42,903 nucleotides of DNA from Bacteroidota bacterium (GTDB taxonomy: Bacteria > Bacteroidota > Bacteroidia > NS11-12g > UBA955). The notes beneath the pieces were generated by a model. That model made no database searches, was not told the origin of the DNA, and was given only the letters and a program-made list of their open reading frames with translations. The translations under genes and the position numbers were made by a program. Numbering within the stretch: the stretch's first letter is position 1; each line of letters starts with the position of its first letter. Shown in pieces: positions 1 through 9,941 of this stretch. The stretch covers positions 1 through 42,903 of the forward strand of contig JBJOHK010000066.1 in assembly GCA_046047755.1 (NCBI GenBank), written 5' to 3'.

Positions 1-697
1 CCTGAGGTTCATTTTTATCGATGATTTGATAAGCTCTGGTGAATTCATCTTGCGTCGGATTACGCCTCAATACATCGTCAAAGGAGGCTATGACATAATT
101 GAACGAATTCATGTTGATACCGTCATAAATCGGATTGTTGATCATGCAGGCGACCATTTCTGAATAACCTATTTCTTGCAAACGATAGCGATGGCGACTG
201 ATCAGCACGTTGCTGTATTTGGAAATGGCATCCAAGTTGGCATATACCCGAACAGAATCTCCTTCCAATCGAGCAACCGTAATTCCAAAACGGAGGCTGC
301 CAATGGCTTGCCCGATATCTGGATCGGAAGCCCCCTCTAAAAAGCGCGCTTTGCTCACGTCGTATAACCGTTGGCTGTAGGCATGGCGATAGGAGGAATC
401 TCCGAGCCGAAAGGTTGAATCCCACTGCAAAATTCGAATCAATGAATCCCGAGTGGAGTAGGCAAGTCCATTGCTCTTCAATTTAAATACCCAGTCGTTT
501 CGCTCCACTTCAGTAGCTTCTCTACCCAAAAAATCAATGAATAAGCGATTGACATAATTGTCAATTTTCAATGTTGGAATGCTGCCGTAATTCGGTGGGC
601 GGTTTCCATCTACTAGCGTATCATACGATTTGGTGCAAGATGCAAAGAGCAGTGTAACACTTGCACAAAACGCCAATATTTTTAGTGAACCGGCCAT
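1..697 (-). CDS. Hypothetical lipoprotein, 3'-truncated by the window edge (not in ORF track)
   Basis: Manual translation from ATG 697 is open for 232 codons to the edge: MAGSLKILAFCASVTLLFAS-C-TKSYD... with a lipobox Cys21. A TAAATTGC promoter-like element lies upstream at 720-727. Confidence 0.8.
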   Translation of the reverse strand, partial: MAGSLKILAFCASVTLLFASCTKSYDTLVDGNRPPNYGSIPTLKIDNYVNRLFIDFLGREATEVERNDWVFKLKSNGLAYSTRDSLIRILQWDSTFRLGDSSYRHAYSQRLYDVSKARFLEGASDPDIGQAIGSLRFGITVARLEGDSVRVYANLDAISKYSNVLISRHRYRLQEIGYSEMVACMINNPIYDGINMNSFNYVIASFDDVLRRNPTQDEFTRAYQIIDKNEPQ

Positions 698-719
698 GGA
701 TTTGCATGGAATGCTCCAA

Positions 720-748
720 GCAATTTACCTCATTTTGGGCTAAATTCG
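720..748. promoter_or_regulatory. Divergent pair of variant Bacteroidota -7 elements (TAAATTGC minus 720-727; TAAATTCG plus 741-748)
   Basis: Both resemble the TAnnTTTG consensus and point at the flanking start codons (697 minus, 767 plus). Confidence 0.5.
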
Positions 749-766
749 TGCATTAACCCTTTCTTT

Positions 767-1924
767 ATGCCATTTTACAATCGATTGGGCCAAATCCCGG
801 CCAAACGACACACTCAATTCCGGAAGCCCAATGGCGAACTGTATGCCGAAGAGCTGGTCAGTACCGAAGGTTTTAGCAGTCTTTATTCATTGATTTACCA
901 CTGCCACCCACCAACCCTTGTCAAGCAGGTGGATGAGCCTTATGACGTCAGTCCAAAAGCGGCGGTTGAGAAGAACATGAAACACCGAAGCTTTTTGACC
1001 TTCAAAACCGAGTCGGTCGATCGTTATTTGGACAGCAGAAAGGTTTTATTGTTTAACAGCGATGTACATATTGGCGTAGCGGCTCCTAGAAAAAGCATGA
1101 CCGATGAATTCTTCAAGAATTCAGATGCTGATGAAGTATTGTTTATCCATGAAGGTTCAGGGGTCTTAAGAACCATTTATGGACAATTGCCCTTCTCCTA
1201 TGGCGATTACCTAGTGATACCTAGAGGAACCATCTACCAAATTCATTTCAACGACGAAAACAATCGTCTGTTGGTGGTAGAATCCCCTTCGCCGATCTAT
1301 CCTCCGAAACGTTACCAAAATAGTTTTGGTCAATTATTGGAGCACTCTCCCTACTGCGAACGAGATATTCGAGTTCCCGAGCAATTGGAAACACATGATG
1401 AAGTAGGGGAGTTTAAAGTTTTGATCAAGCAACAAGGTTTGATTTGGCCATATACCTACGCCACTCACCCCTTTGATGCTATAGGCTGGGATGGTTATTT
1501 GTATCCCTATGCCTTTAGCATTCACAATTTCGAACCCATAACAGGTCGGGTGCATCAACCACCCCCAGTGCACCAAACCTTCGAAGGGCGCAATTATGTA
1601 ATCTGTTCGTTCTGTCCGCGTTTGTATGACTACCATCCTGAGGCTGTACCTGCTCCATACAACCATTCAAACATTGACAGTGATGAGATTCTCTATTATG
1701 TAGATGGCGACTTCATGAGCCGCAAGCATGTCGAGAGAGGCATGATTTCTCTACATCCAAAGGGCATTCCTCACGGGCCACACCCAGGAACTGTTGAGAA
1801 AAGCATTGGCAAGAGGGAAACTGGCGAACTGGCTGTCATGATCGATCCATTTTATCCATTGAAAATAACGCAAGAGGCATTGAATACGGAAGATCCAGGT
1901 TATTGGAAATCTTGGGTCGAGTAA
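767..1924 (+). CDS. hmgA: Homogentisate 1,2-dioxygenase
   Basis: 385 aa with HmgA-type segments (NSDADE, HPFDAIGWDG, HQPPPVH, PYNHSNIDSDE, HGPHPG, ELAVMID). Confidence 0.93.
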   Translation: MPFYNRLGQIPAKRHTQFRKPNGELYAEELVSTEGFSSLYSLIYHCHPPTLVKQVDEPYDVSPKAAVEKNMKHRSFLTFKTESVDRYLDSRKVLLFNSDVHIGVAAPRKSMTDEFFKNSDADEVLFIHEGSGVLRTIYGQLPFSYGDYLVIPRGTIYQIHFNDENNRLLVVESPSPIYPPKRYQNSFGQLLEHSPYCERDIRVPEQLETHDEVGEFKVLIKQQGLIWPYTYATHPFDAIGWDGYLYPYAFSIHNFEPITGRVHQPPPVHQTFEGRNYVICSFCPRLYDYHPEAVPAPYNHSNIDSDEILYYVDGDFMSRKHVERGMISLHPKGIPHGPHPGTVEKSIGKRETGELAVMIDPFYPLKITQEALNTEDPGYWKSWVE

Positions 1925-1941
1925 ATCATTGCACTTATACG

Positions 1942-4900
1942 ATGAATAAAATTATAATAGGTGCTTATGCCATTCTAATTGGGTCAACAACGGCCCAAAA
2001 TTCCATTTCCCATAGCCAATTTGCGCGCCAGTCCCGCCGTCTGGAACAGCGCTTAGAAAAGCTATGGCTACATGAAGCCTTACCGGCCACTCCTGAAACC
2101 CCTATGGGGTATTGGATACAGGAATACGTCAGCACCCGAGATCCTCAATTGGGGTATCCTCCAACAGAGCGTTTGATGGAGGCTATACTGGCCGAGCCTG
2201 TGCGCGGGGATGAGATTTTCCTCACACCTGGAAGTATAAAGTCTCCATGGGTAAGCCGAGGTCCTGACAATGTGGGTGGGAGAACTCGAGCATTGGTTTG
2301 GGACCCCAATGATTCTAAGGGTAAAAAAGTCTGGGCTGGCGCTGTCACTGGTGGATTGTGGAGCACCGATGACGTTACAAGCAGTGCTTCATCTTGGACT
2401 CACCATAGTGGTCTTTGGAGCAATTTAACCGTTACGGCTATCGCCTTTGATCCTAATAACAGCTCCATTATGTATGTAGGTACAGGAGAGGGTTGGGGCT
2501 CCACGCCGAGCAGTTCTCGGGGCTATGGAATTTGGAAAAGCAGCGACGGTGGAAAGACCTTTTCTCACCTTAGTTCCACTTCTAACTTCCTGTACATTAA
2601 CGATCTGATTGTTAGAAGCGAGAATGGGCAAAGCGTAGTTTATGCGGCTGTTGATGCCAATTATGTAGGCGGGACCTGGCATGGCTTGAGTTACATGGGA
2701 TTGCAGCGAAGCACCAATGGGGGTAGTTCTTGGAGCCAAGTGCTGCCGAAGATTCCATCAGCCACCGTGGTATATGCTCCAGCTGACCTAGAACTTGGCG
2801 CAGACAACCGTTTGTGGGTAGGAACACGAAATACCGCCTATGGGATTACCGACAAAGGGGGAGGGCGAATACTCTACACCGACAACGGAAGCAGCTTTAC
2901 CACGGCCTACACGCATACGAACAAAGGAAGGGTTGCTATAGCCTGTGCTCCCAATAGTCCACGAGTGGTTTATGCGCTTTTTGAAAGCGGCGGTAAGGTA
3001 GATGCCATTAAAAGAACCGGAGACGCTGGTGCAACCTGGGCTTCAAAATCAGAACCCAGCGATGCCGACAACAGCATTCCGAGCACGGATTTTAGCCGAG
3101 GTCAAGCCTGGTACGACTTGGTATTGGCCGTTGACCCTAATGATTCCAATACGCTAGTGGCTGGTGCGGTAGATGTTTTTCGCAGCACGAATGGTGCCAG
3201 CTCATGGACCCAAATCAGCAAGTGGTCCAATAACGCCAATATGAATCAACTGTCTTGTTCCTACGTACATGCAGATATTCATGCTTTGATTTACGGCCAG
3301 GGCTCGTCCAACATCCTGTTGTTCGGAACCGATGGAGGCGTATTTTGGACCAATAACCTCAGCGGTGCTGCTTCGAGCTCTACGGCCATTGCTGAAAGAA
3401 ACAAAGGCTATATCGTAACCCAATTCTACTGGGGGGACATCAGCCAAACAAAGAACAAAAACCAAATGGTGGCAGGGGCTCAAGACAACGGCACTTTGTA
3501 CTTAGGATCATCGGGAATATCAGATAGACAAACCTTAAGTGGGGGAGATGGGGCCTATTGCTTCATCAGCCCAAGCGATGATAACAAAATGGTCGTCTCT
3601 TACATTCGCAATCAATATTACTACACCACTAATTTTGGGAATTCTTATGGGAATTTGATTCAAGATGGCACAAATGGCAAATTCATCAATCCCGCTCACT
3701 GGGACGATGCTGGACCCGGTTTGATCTCGTGCAAATCAAATGGTTCGGTATATCGCATTAAACTGGGATCAAGCCCCGGTACTCTTGAAACCAAAACATT
3801 CTCAAGCGGCTCTGAACAAGCTTCAGCTTTTGCTAGTATTTCATCAGGGAGCAAGAGCACGGTTTGGATTGGAACAGACGCTGGAAACCTGTATAAAACG
3901 ACTGATTTCTGGGCCACAAACCCCAGCTTTACCCAAATAGGAACAGGAGTCAATGCCGGCAATATCAGTGGCATCTTCTGCCACAATAACTCGGACACCC
4001 TAATACTGGTTTTGAGCAATTACGGTATTAATAATGTATACCTATCCACGAATGGGGGCTCTAGCTTTAGCGCCAAAGATGGCAATTTGCCAGATATGCC
4101 CGTTTGGTCGGCACTGATGAATCCCAAGCATCCCGAACAGGCCATGATCGCCACTGAATTGGGGATATATAGCTGCGATAACATATTTGCCGCATCACCT
4201 GTCTGGTCAGCCCAACAATCAGGTATGGGAGCCGTTAGGACCATGAATTTGCGCTTGCGCTCTTCTGATTACACCGTAATGGCTGTTTCTCATGGGCGCG
4301 GTGTATTCACTAGCGATGCTTGGAAATATGATTCTCCTGTTGCCAAATTTGCCGTTTCAGACACCCAGATTTGTAGCGGCAAAAGTATCAGCATTACCGA
4401 TTTATGCCTCAACAATCCCAGTTCTTATGCCTTCTCCATAAGTCCAAACAAAGGGTTTCGATACGTTTCGGGAACGAATTCAAGTAGCGCAGAACCTATT
4501 GTTGTGTTCGATAGTGCCGGTATCTATCAGATTCGATTGGATGTCAGCAATACAGCCGGAAATGACAGTTTTCTCCTCGCTTCCAGCATTCGCGTTGATT
4601 GGCAAGATAGCTTGTATGGTACCATGCTAAGCTCTGAGAATCCCATTTGCATTTCCTAATCTGTCCAATTGAACATGGAAATGAATGGAAACAAAAGTGC
4701 TTCTACATTGAACTACCAATGGAGCGATAATGGAAACATATTGAATAGCGAAAAGGGCAGTGTGCTCAATATCAGTAATGCTCAAAGAGGCCATCTGTAT
4801 CGCTGCCTTGTATCCTCGAGCAAAACTCGCTGCATGGCTTCATTGGCCTATTCAGACAGCATTGATTTCAATGCTACCGTCAAAGGCCTTGATAACCTTA

Positions 4901-5358
4901 GCATTCGCTTAAGTTGGGATACCATGTATGCAGAACCGATTAGAAGTACAGGGGTTTATTCTTGGTATTGCAATGGTGTCAAGGTTGGGGCAGGCACCAC
5001 ACACAAGGTAGTGAAAAACGGAAATTACCGCTGCGTATTCGAGGAAATAGGCTGCAGTAGCGACTCCAGTAACTTAATCAAATTCAATTCTTTAAACTTA
5101 AATCAACCAACTAGAGAGTCGAGAATAATCAAACCCAACCCCAGTAATGGACACTCTTACATTATGTTAAGTAGCAATGTGGTACGATTGCAAATACTCG
5201 AATTGGCGACAGGAAGATTGATTCGAGAAATAGAAGTGAACGAACGCCATCGAGAAATGGAGTACGCCCTTGAACTGGATAGTAAAGGAACTTATTCAGT
5301 ACAACAACTGGATTCATTCGGTCATATTATTTCCCAAGATATTTGGGTCATTCAATGA
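1942..5358 (+). pseudogene. Secreted Asp-box/BNR (VPS10-like) beta-propeller + PKD + T9SS type A C-terminal domain protein, interrupted by one in-frame TAA at 4657-4659
   Basis: ORFs 1903..4659 and 4669..5358 share one frame (ATT TCC TAA TCT GTC CAA TTG). A signal peptide starts at ATG 1942. Repeated S.DGG..W/F Asp-boxes and a PKD-like PVAKF...GIYQIRLDVSN segment precede the stop, and a T9SS-like IKPNPSNG segment follows it. Confidence 0.7.
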
Positions 5359-5392
5359 GCTGAGAATTAAAAAAATCATTCGACTTTGGACT

Positions 5393-5426
5393 AAGGCCCG
5401 GGATTTTGCAAAATCCCGGGTTTTTT
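5393..5426 (+). terminator. Intrinsic terminator
   Basis: Perfect 24-bp palindrome CCCGGGATTTTGCAAAATCCCGGG (5397-5420) followed by T6, about 40 nt after the stop at 5358. Confidence 0.85.
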
Positions 5427-5597
5427 ATGGCTGTTAACATTTGGCAAGGTCGACAGTAACAAGATCGCAATTGAGGATGCATTTGAACGAGAATGATTAA
5501 CAGGAAACAATACCGAGAGAGTAATTGGCTACAGGGTGACAAAACAGTGCCTTATGGTTTTGAACAACGGAATGGCCCATTCTGTTCGACGATGTAT

Positions 5598-5625
5598 TTG
5601 TAATATAATTTACATTATGTTAAAT
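5598..5625 (+). other. dif: dif site (XerC/XerD recombination site)
   Basis: TTGTAATATAA-TTTACA-TTATGTTAAAT has the 11-6-11 layout. The right arm is identical to the E. coli XerD arm TTATGTTAAAT and the left arm ends in the conserved ATAA. The site is intergenic, between convergent genes. Confidence 0.88.
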
Positions 5626-5635
5626 AATAATGCAC

Positions 5636-5669
5636 AAAGAAACCCGGCACATGGCCGGGCTTCCTTTTT
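5636..5669 (-). terminator. Intrinsic terminator of the gyrA-TPR unit (possibly bidirectional)
   Basis: Minus strand reads GAAGCCCGGC-CATGT-GCCGGGTTTC-TTT directly after the TAA at 5670. The plus strand also has a T-run. Confidence 0.75.
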
Positions 5670-7172
5670 TTAAATTCGTGTATAAGCTGCTGCTTTATTG
5701 CCGCTTGCTTCAGATTCACTCACCACTTTTCCATCAACGATGATTTGAATGGTCAAGCTGCCCTCTCCAATCAATCGAGCAGTCAACATCAATTCACCTG
5801 AACGGTCTTCGTAGTCAAATGGTTTTTCCCAGCCGTCAGCCGTTTCCGTCCAACCGCTGTTAGGACTTGGCAAGTCAACACTGCTCGTCTTACCCAACTT
5901 GTTGAAATACGAAATGCTCATTTTCTTGTTATCAGTCAAGATGCGGTATACAACCGATGAACCAGTATAGACTTCAACGTCTTGCAACAATCGGCTCTGT
6001 CCCAAATAGAAACTTACCTTAGAGTCATCGTCAGTTTCCTGGTAGCACTGCATCAATGCGCGGCACAGATTGACCTGATCGGTAACGCTGTAATCGTAGT
6101 TATCACGAGCAACTTCAAGATATTCAATAGCTTCAGTGTACAAGGCTCTGCGCTTTGAATCTCGCTCGGCCCCTGACAAATCATTCAACTTACGGCTTTC
6201 AAATTTCATCAAAGCCACACCCAAGTTGAAATTCGCATCGTAATGCAACGGATCCAATTCAACGGCTTTTCTATAATCGCTGATAGCATTATCGTATTGC
6301 TCATCTTCTTGCATTAGATAACCACGAGTGTAATACATGTTGGCAGAAGGATTTCCGTTCTCCACGCTGCGATTGATCTGAGCCGTTACGTCTTCCATTA
6401 GGGCATCTTCCATTCCGCGAGACACATACATGTTTACCAAAATTTGGAAAATGGCATTGTTGTATTGGGTAGCCTCTAAAGCTTGGCGAATAGCCGCCTC
6501 TGCTTTGGCGGTATCCCCATTTTTCTGATACACTCGGCTAAGGGTTTCGACAACCACTGGAGTGACGACTCCATCGTTAACCAACCCCTGCAATATACTC
6601 ATGCTTTTTTCATTGGAAGAATGCAATGAAGCCACTTGTGCCAAGGTTTCTTGCATGGTTTTTTTGGTAATCTTACTACGCTCCAAATTGCCAATCATCG
6701 CGGTATCTAAATGATTGTATAGCTTGAGCAACAATTCATAATACTCGGTTAATTGGTCGTAATCTTCATTGTTGTACAAAGAAGAAGATTCATTAAAAAC
6801 CGCGGCAAAACTGCGATTGACCTCAATTTCAGCGCTTTCCAAATCGTCGTATCGTTTTTTGGCAGGACTTTCATAGAATGCCAAAATGCTCTCACCTGAA
6901 ATGAATCCAGCCTTCTCAGCCAGAGGAGCGATTAGGCTATCCCCTTTGGAATCAAACAATCGGCTATAAACCATTGATTTGATTAAAAACATACGAGCAT
7001 TGTTGTAGGTTTTTTCATTCACAGCCGCTTTGTCAATCTCTTCTTTAGCCAGCATCAATTCATCGGCCGTTCCACTTGCCAATGAATATTCAGCGCTATT
7101 GATAGAGCGTTCTTGAGCTTGCAATTGTGCCCCTATCATGCAAAGGGCAATCATCCATATTGATTTTTTCAT
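5670..7172 (-). CDS. Exported tetratricopeptide-repeat protein with an extra C-terminal beta domain
   Basis: The likely start is MKKSIWMIALC (7172), with a signal peptide. TPR motifs are present (YYTRGYL...AISDYRKAVELDPLHYDANFNLG). It lies directly downstream of gyrA, a common Bacteroidota arrangement. Confidence 0.8.
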   Translation of the reverse strand: MKKSIWMIALCMIGAQLQAQERSINSAEYSLASGTADELMLAKEEIDKAAVNEKTYNNARMFLIKSMVYSRLFDSKGDSLIAPLAEKAGFISGESILAFYESPAKKRYDDLESAEIEVNRSFAAVFNESSSLYNNEDYDQLTEYYELLLKLYNHLDTAMIGNLERSKITKKTMQETLAQVASLHSSNEKSMSILQGLVNDGVVTPVVVETLSRVYQKNGDTAKAEAAIRQALEATQYNNAIFQILVNMYVSRGMEDALMEDVTAQINRSVENGNPSANMYYTRGYLMQEDEQYDNAISDYRKAVELDPLHYDANFNLGVALMKFESRKLNDLSGAERDSKRRALYTEAIEYLEVARDNYDYSVTDQVNLCRALMQCYQETDDDSKVSFYLGQSRLLQDVEVYTGSSVVYRILTDNKKMSISYFNKLGKTSSVDLPSPNSGWTETADGWEKPFDYEDRSGELMLTARLIGEGSLTIQIIVDGKVVSESEASGNKAAAYTRI

Positions 7173-7176
7173 AGCC

Positions 7177-9768
7177 TTAGTTTTCGTCGTTACTCTCCAA
7201 ATCCGTGCCAGACTCTGGTGCTTGGAATTCCGTTCCGTCTGATTGACCTTCAATCACCTGACCTTCAACCCCTTCTACCCCATCTTGATCTTCCTCATCT
7301 TCACTCTTTGGAGTGCGGGTAACCCCGGCGATGCTGTCGCCATCTTTGATGTTGATCAATCTAACACCTTGTGTGGCTCGGCCCATGATGCGAAGGTTCT
7401 CTACGGCGGTACGTATGGTCATTCCGCTGCGGCAAATGATCATCAATCCATCTTCATCTTTTACCGTCAAAATACCGACCAAATCACCGGTTTTCTCTGT
7501 GATTGAGATGGTTTTCACGCCTTTTCCACCACGGCCAGTGATGCGGTAATCATCCAAGTTGGTTCGTTTTCCGTATCCACGTTCAGAAACGACCAAAATG
7601 GTAGAGTTATCTGTCTCTGGATTCACGCAAACCATTCCGATTACCTCGTCATTGGCATCTTCGAGGGTTACACCGCGAACACCGGCAGCCGTACGACCCA
7701 TGGCGCGAACTTTCGCCTCTGGGAAACGAATCGCCTTACCCTTGCGTTTGGCAATCAGCACTTCGCTTGCTCCATCTGTCAAACAGGCTTGAAGAAGCTC
7801 ATCACCTTCACGCACGGTAATCGCATTGATTCCGTTTGAACGAGGACGTGAATAAGCCTCCAACGATGTTTTCTTCACGGTTCCCTGCTTGGTTACCATG
7901 ATGATGAAGGTATTATTGATGTAATCCTCGTCTTTGAGGTTTTGTACATTTATATACGCCTTAATCTTATCGTCTGAAGGGATGTTGATTAGGTTCTGTA
8001 TGGGTCTTCCTTTGGTAGCCTTTGCTCCTTCGGGAATTTCGTACACCTTCAACCAGAAACAACGGCCTTGTTCGGTAAACAGAAGAAGATAATTGTGCGT
8101 ACTGGCAATAAAGAGGTGCTCCACGAAATCATCGTCTCTGTGCTTCACCCCTCTCAAACCTTTACCACCGCGGTTTTGCTCTTTGTATTCGGCAAGAGGC
8201 GTGCGCTTGATATAACCCATGTGAGAAATGGTTACCACCACCTCTTCGTTAGGTATCAAGTCCTCGATATTGATCTCTTCAGCATTGAATTCGATATCGG
8301 TACGGCGCTTATCACCGTATTTTTCTTTGATCTCATTGGTCTCATCTTTGATGATCTGCATGCGCAAATCTTCTGAAGCCAAAATGCTCTCGAGATATTG
8401 AATTTCCTTTAAAACTTCGGCGTGTTCAGCGCGAATCTTATCGCGTTCCAGGCCAGTAAGGCGTTGCAAGCGCATATCCAAGATTGCCTTAGATTGAATT
8501 TCACTCAAGCCAAACTGACCCATCAAGCCATCGCGGGCTTCATCGGGGGTTTTGGATGCGCGAATCAAAGCAATGACGGCATCTAGGTTGTCAAGGGCAA
8601 TCAGCAAACCTTCCAAAATATGGATGCGTTTGCGGGCTTCGGCCAGCAAATATTGGGTGCGACGCTGTACAATCTCGTGGCGATGGTCGACAAAATGGCG
8701 AATTTGGTCTTTGAGATTCAGCATCATGGGGCGCCCTCCTACCAATGCAATGTTGTTCACAGAGAAGCTGCTCTGCAATGGGGTAAACTTGTACAGCTGG
8801 TTGAGCACAATGTTGGGAATGGCATCGCGTTTCAAGTCAAACACGACTCTCATTCCTTGGCGACCGCTTTCATCGCGTACAGCCGATATACCATCAATGA
8901 CCTTTTCGTTGATCAAATCAACAGTCTTGATGATGATTTGAGAAGGCGTCACTTGGTAGGGAACCTCCGTGACGACAATCATCTCTTTGCCCGTTTTGGA
9001 AATCTCAATTTCGGCCTTACCACGCATCACAACGCGACCTCTTCCGGTTTCAAAAGCAGAACGTATGCCCTCTACCCCGTAAATGATACCACCCGTTGGA
9101 AAATCAGGCCCCTTGACGTGTTCCATCAAGTCTTCAACCGTGATTTCGTTATTCTCGATGTAGGCAATGATACCCTCGCACACCTCTGATAGGTTGTGAG
9201 GGGCCATGTTGGTGGCCATACCTACGGCAATACCGGCTGCTCCATTCACCAGCAAACTGGGAATCTTGGCAGGCAGTACGGAAGGTTCCTTCAAGCTTTC
9301 GTCAAAGTTGGGGCGAAAATCAACGGTATCTTTATCGATGTCTACCATCATCTCTTCCGCAATCTTGCGCAAGCGAGCCTCGGTGTAACGCATGGCCGCC
9401 GGCGGATCCCCGTCGATGGAACCAAAGTTTCCCTGGCCATCTACAAATGGATACCGCAAGCTCCAATCTTGAGCCATACGCACCATGGTATCATAAACAC
9501 TGCTATCACCGTGTGGGTGGTATTTACCTAACACCTCTCCTACGATACGCGCCGATTTTTTATAAGGACGATTGGAAGCCAAGCCCAATTCCACCATACC
9601 GTAGAGCACTCGACGGTGAACTGGCTTCAAACCATCGCGAACATCAGGTAATGCTCGAGACACAATTACGGACATCGCATAATCGATGTACGCGGTTTTC
9701 ATTTCATCCTCGATGTTAATCGGAATGATTTTCTCTTGAAACTCCTTGTTGTCGTTGTTCTCTTCCAT
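7177..9768 (-). CDS. gyrA: DNA gyrase subunit A
   Basis: [22 protein letters not shown], catalytic AAMRYTE, GyrA-box QNRGGKG, beta-pinwheel repeats and an acidic tail. Confidence 0.97.
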   Translation of the reverse strand: MEENNDNKEFQEKIIPINIEDEMKTAYIDYAMSVIVSRALPDVRDGLKPVHRRVLYGMVELGLASNRPYKKSARIVGEVLGKYHPHGDSSVYDTMVRMAQDWSLRYPFVDGQGNFGSIDGDPPAAMRYTEARLRKIAEEMMVDIDKDTVDFRPNFDESLKEPSVLPAKIPSLLVNGAAGIAVGMATNMAPHNLSEVCEGIIAYIENNEITVEDLMEHVKGPDFPTGGIIYGVEGIRSAFETGRGRVVMRGKAEIEISKTGKEMIVVTEVPYQVTPSQIIIKTVDLINEKVIDGISAVRDESGRQGMRVVFDLKRDAIPNIVLNQLYKFTPLQSSFSVNNIALVGGRPMMLNLKDQIRHFVDHRHEIVQRRTQYLLAEARKRIHILEGLLIALDNLDAVIALIRASKTPDEARDGLMGQFGLSEIQSKAILDMRLQRLTGLERDKIRAEHAEVLKEIQYLESILASEDLRMQIIKDETNEIKEKYGDKRRTDIEFNAEEINIEDLIPNEEVVVTISHMGYIKRTPLAEYKEQNRGGKGLRGVKHRDDDFVEHLFIASTHNYLLLFTEQGRCFWLKVYEIPEGAKATKGRPIQNLINIPSDDKIKAYINVQNLKDEDYINNTFIIMVTKQGTVKKTSLEAYSRPRSNGINAITVREGDELLQACLTDGASEVLIAKRKGKAIRFPEAKVRAMGRTAAGVRGVTLEDANDEVIGMVCVNPETDNSTILVVSERGYGKRTNLDDYRITGRGGKGVKTISITEKTGDLVGILTVKDEDGLMIICRSGMTIRTAVENLRIMGRATQGVRLINIKDGDSIAGVTRTPKSEDEEDQDGVEGVEGQVIEGQSDGTEFQAPESGTDLESNDEN

Positions 9769-9785
9769 TCTATTGAATCAATGTA

Positions 9786-9829
9786 GCAATTTAACACTTC
9801 ACGCGCGCGAACCCGCGCGTCACGCGTGA
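9786..9829 (-). promoter_or_regulatory. Putative gyrA promoter: variant -7 element (TAAATTGC, 9786-9793) with an upstream CpG-alternating tract (9800-9828)
   Basis: Plus strand reads CACGCGCGCG-AACC-CGCGCGT-CACGCGTG. It lies between the upstream gene's terminator and the gyrA ATG. Confidence 0.5.
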
Positions 9830-9881
9830 GGGTTGCCCACATTTTGTATACATTTCAAGCCCATTAGAGGCCCGTTAAAGC

Positions 9882-9908
9882 AAAAAAAGAGGGGCTCACA
9901 CCCCTCTT
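9882..9908 (-). terminator. Intrinsic terminator of the M16 peptidase gene
   Basis: Minus strand reads AAGAGGGG-TGTGAG-CCCCTCTT-TTTTT. Confidence 0.85.
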
Positions 9909-9941
9909 CTTCATTCTTTCGTTAAAACGTCGCCAAAGCGA

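Noticed and set aside
123-425. 100-aa minus-strand ORF in the track
   Set aside because: It lies out of frame inside the longer lipoprotein frame 697 to <1.
5397-5420. Perfect 24-bp palindrome as an operator or REP-like repeat
   Set aside because: It is single copy in the window, follows a stop codon and has a T-tract, so a terminator explains it.
5348-5542. 64-aa minus-strand ORF in the dif intergenic region
   Set aside because: It runs through a terminator palindrome and shows no protein-like features or promoter.
7243-9719. Cluster of antisense ORFs (up to 189 aa) over gyrA, with similar ones over uvrA, rocD, mreB and mrdA
   Set aside because: These are typical shadow ORFs caused by codon bias in conserved genes, with no independent signals.
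7177-9768. Possibility that the topoisomerase near dif is parC
   Set aside because: The intact GyrA-box (QNRGGKG), full C-terminal pinwheel and acidic tail indicate GyrA.
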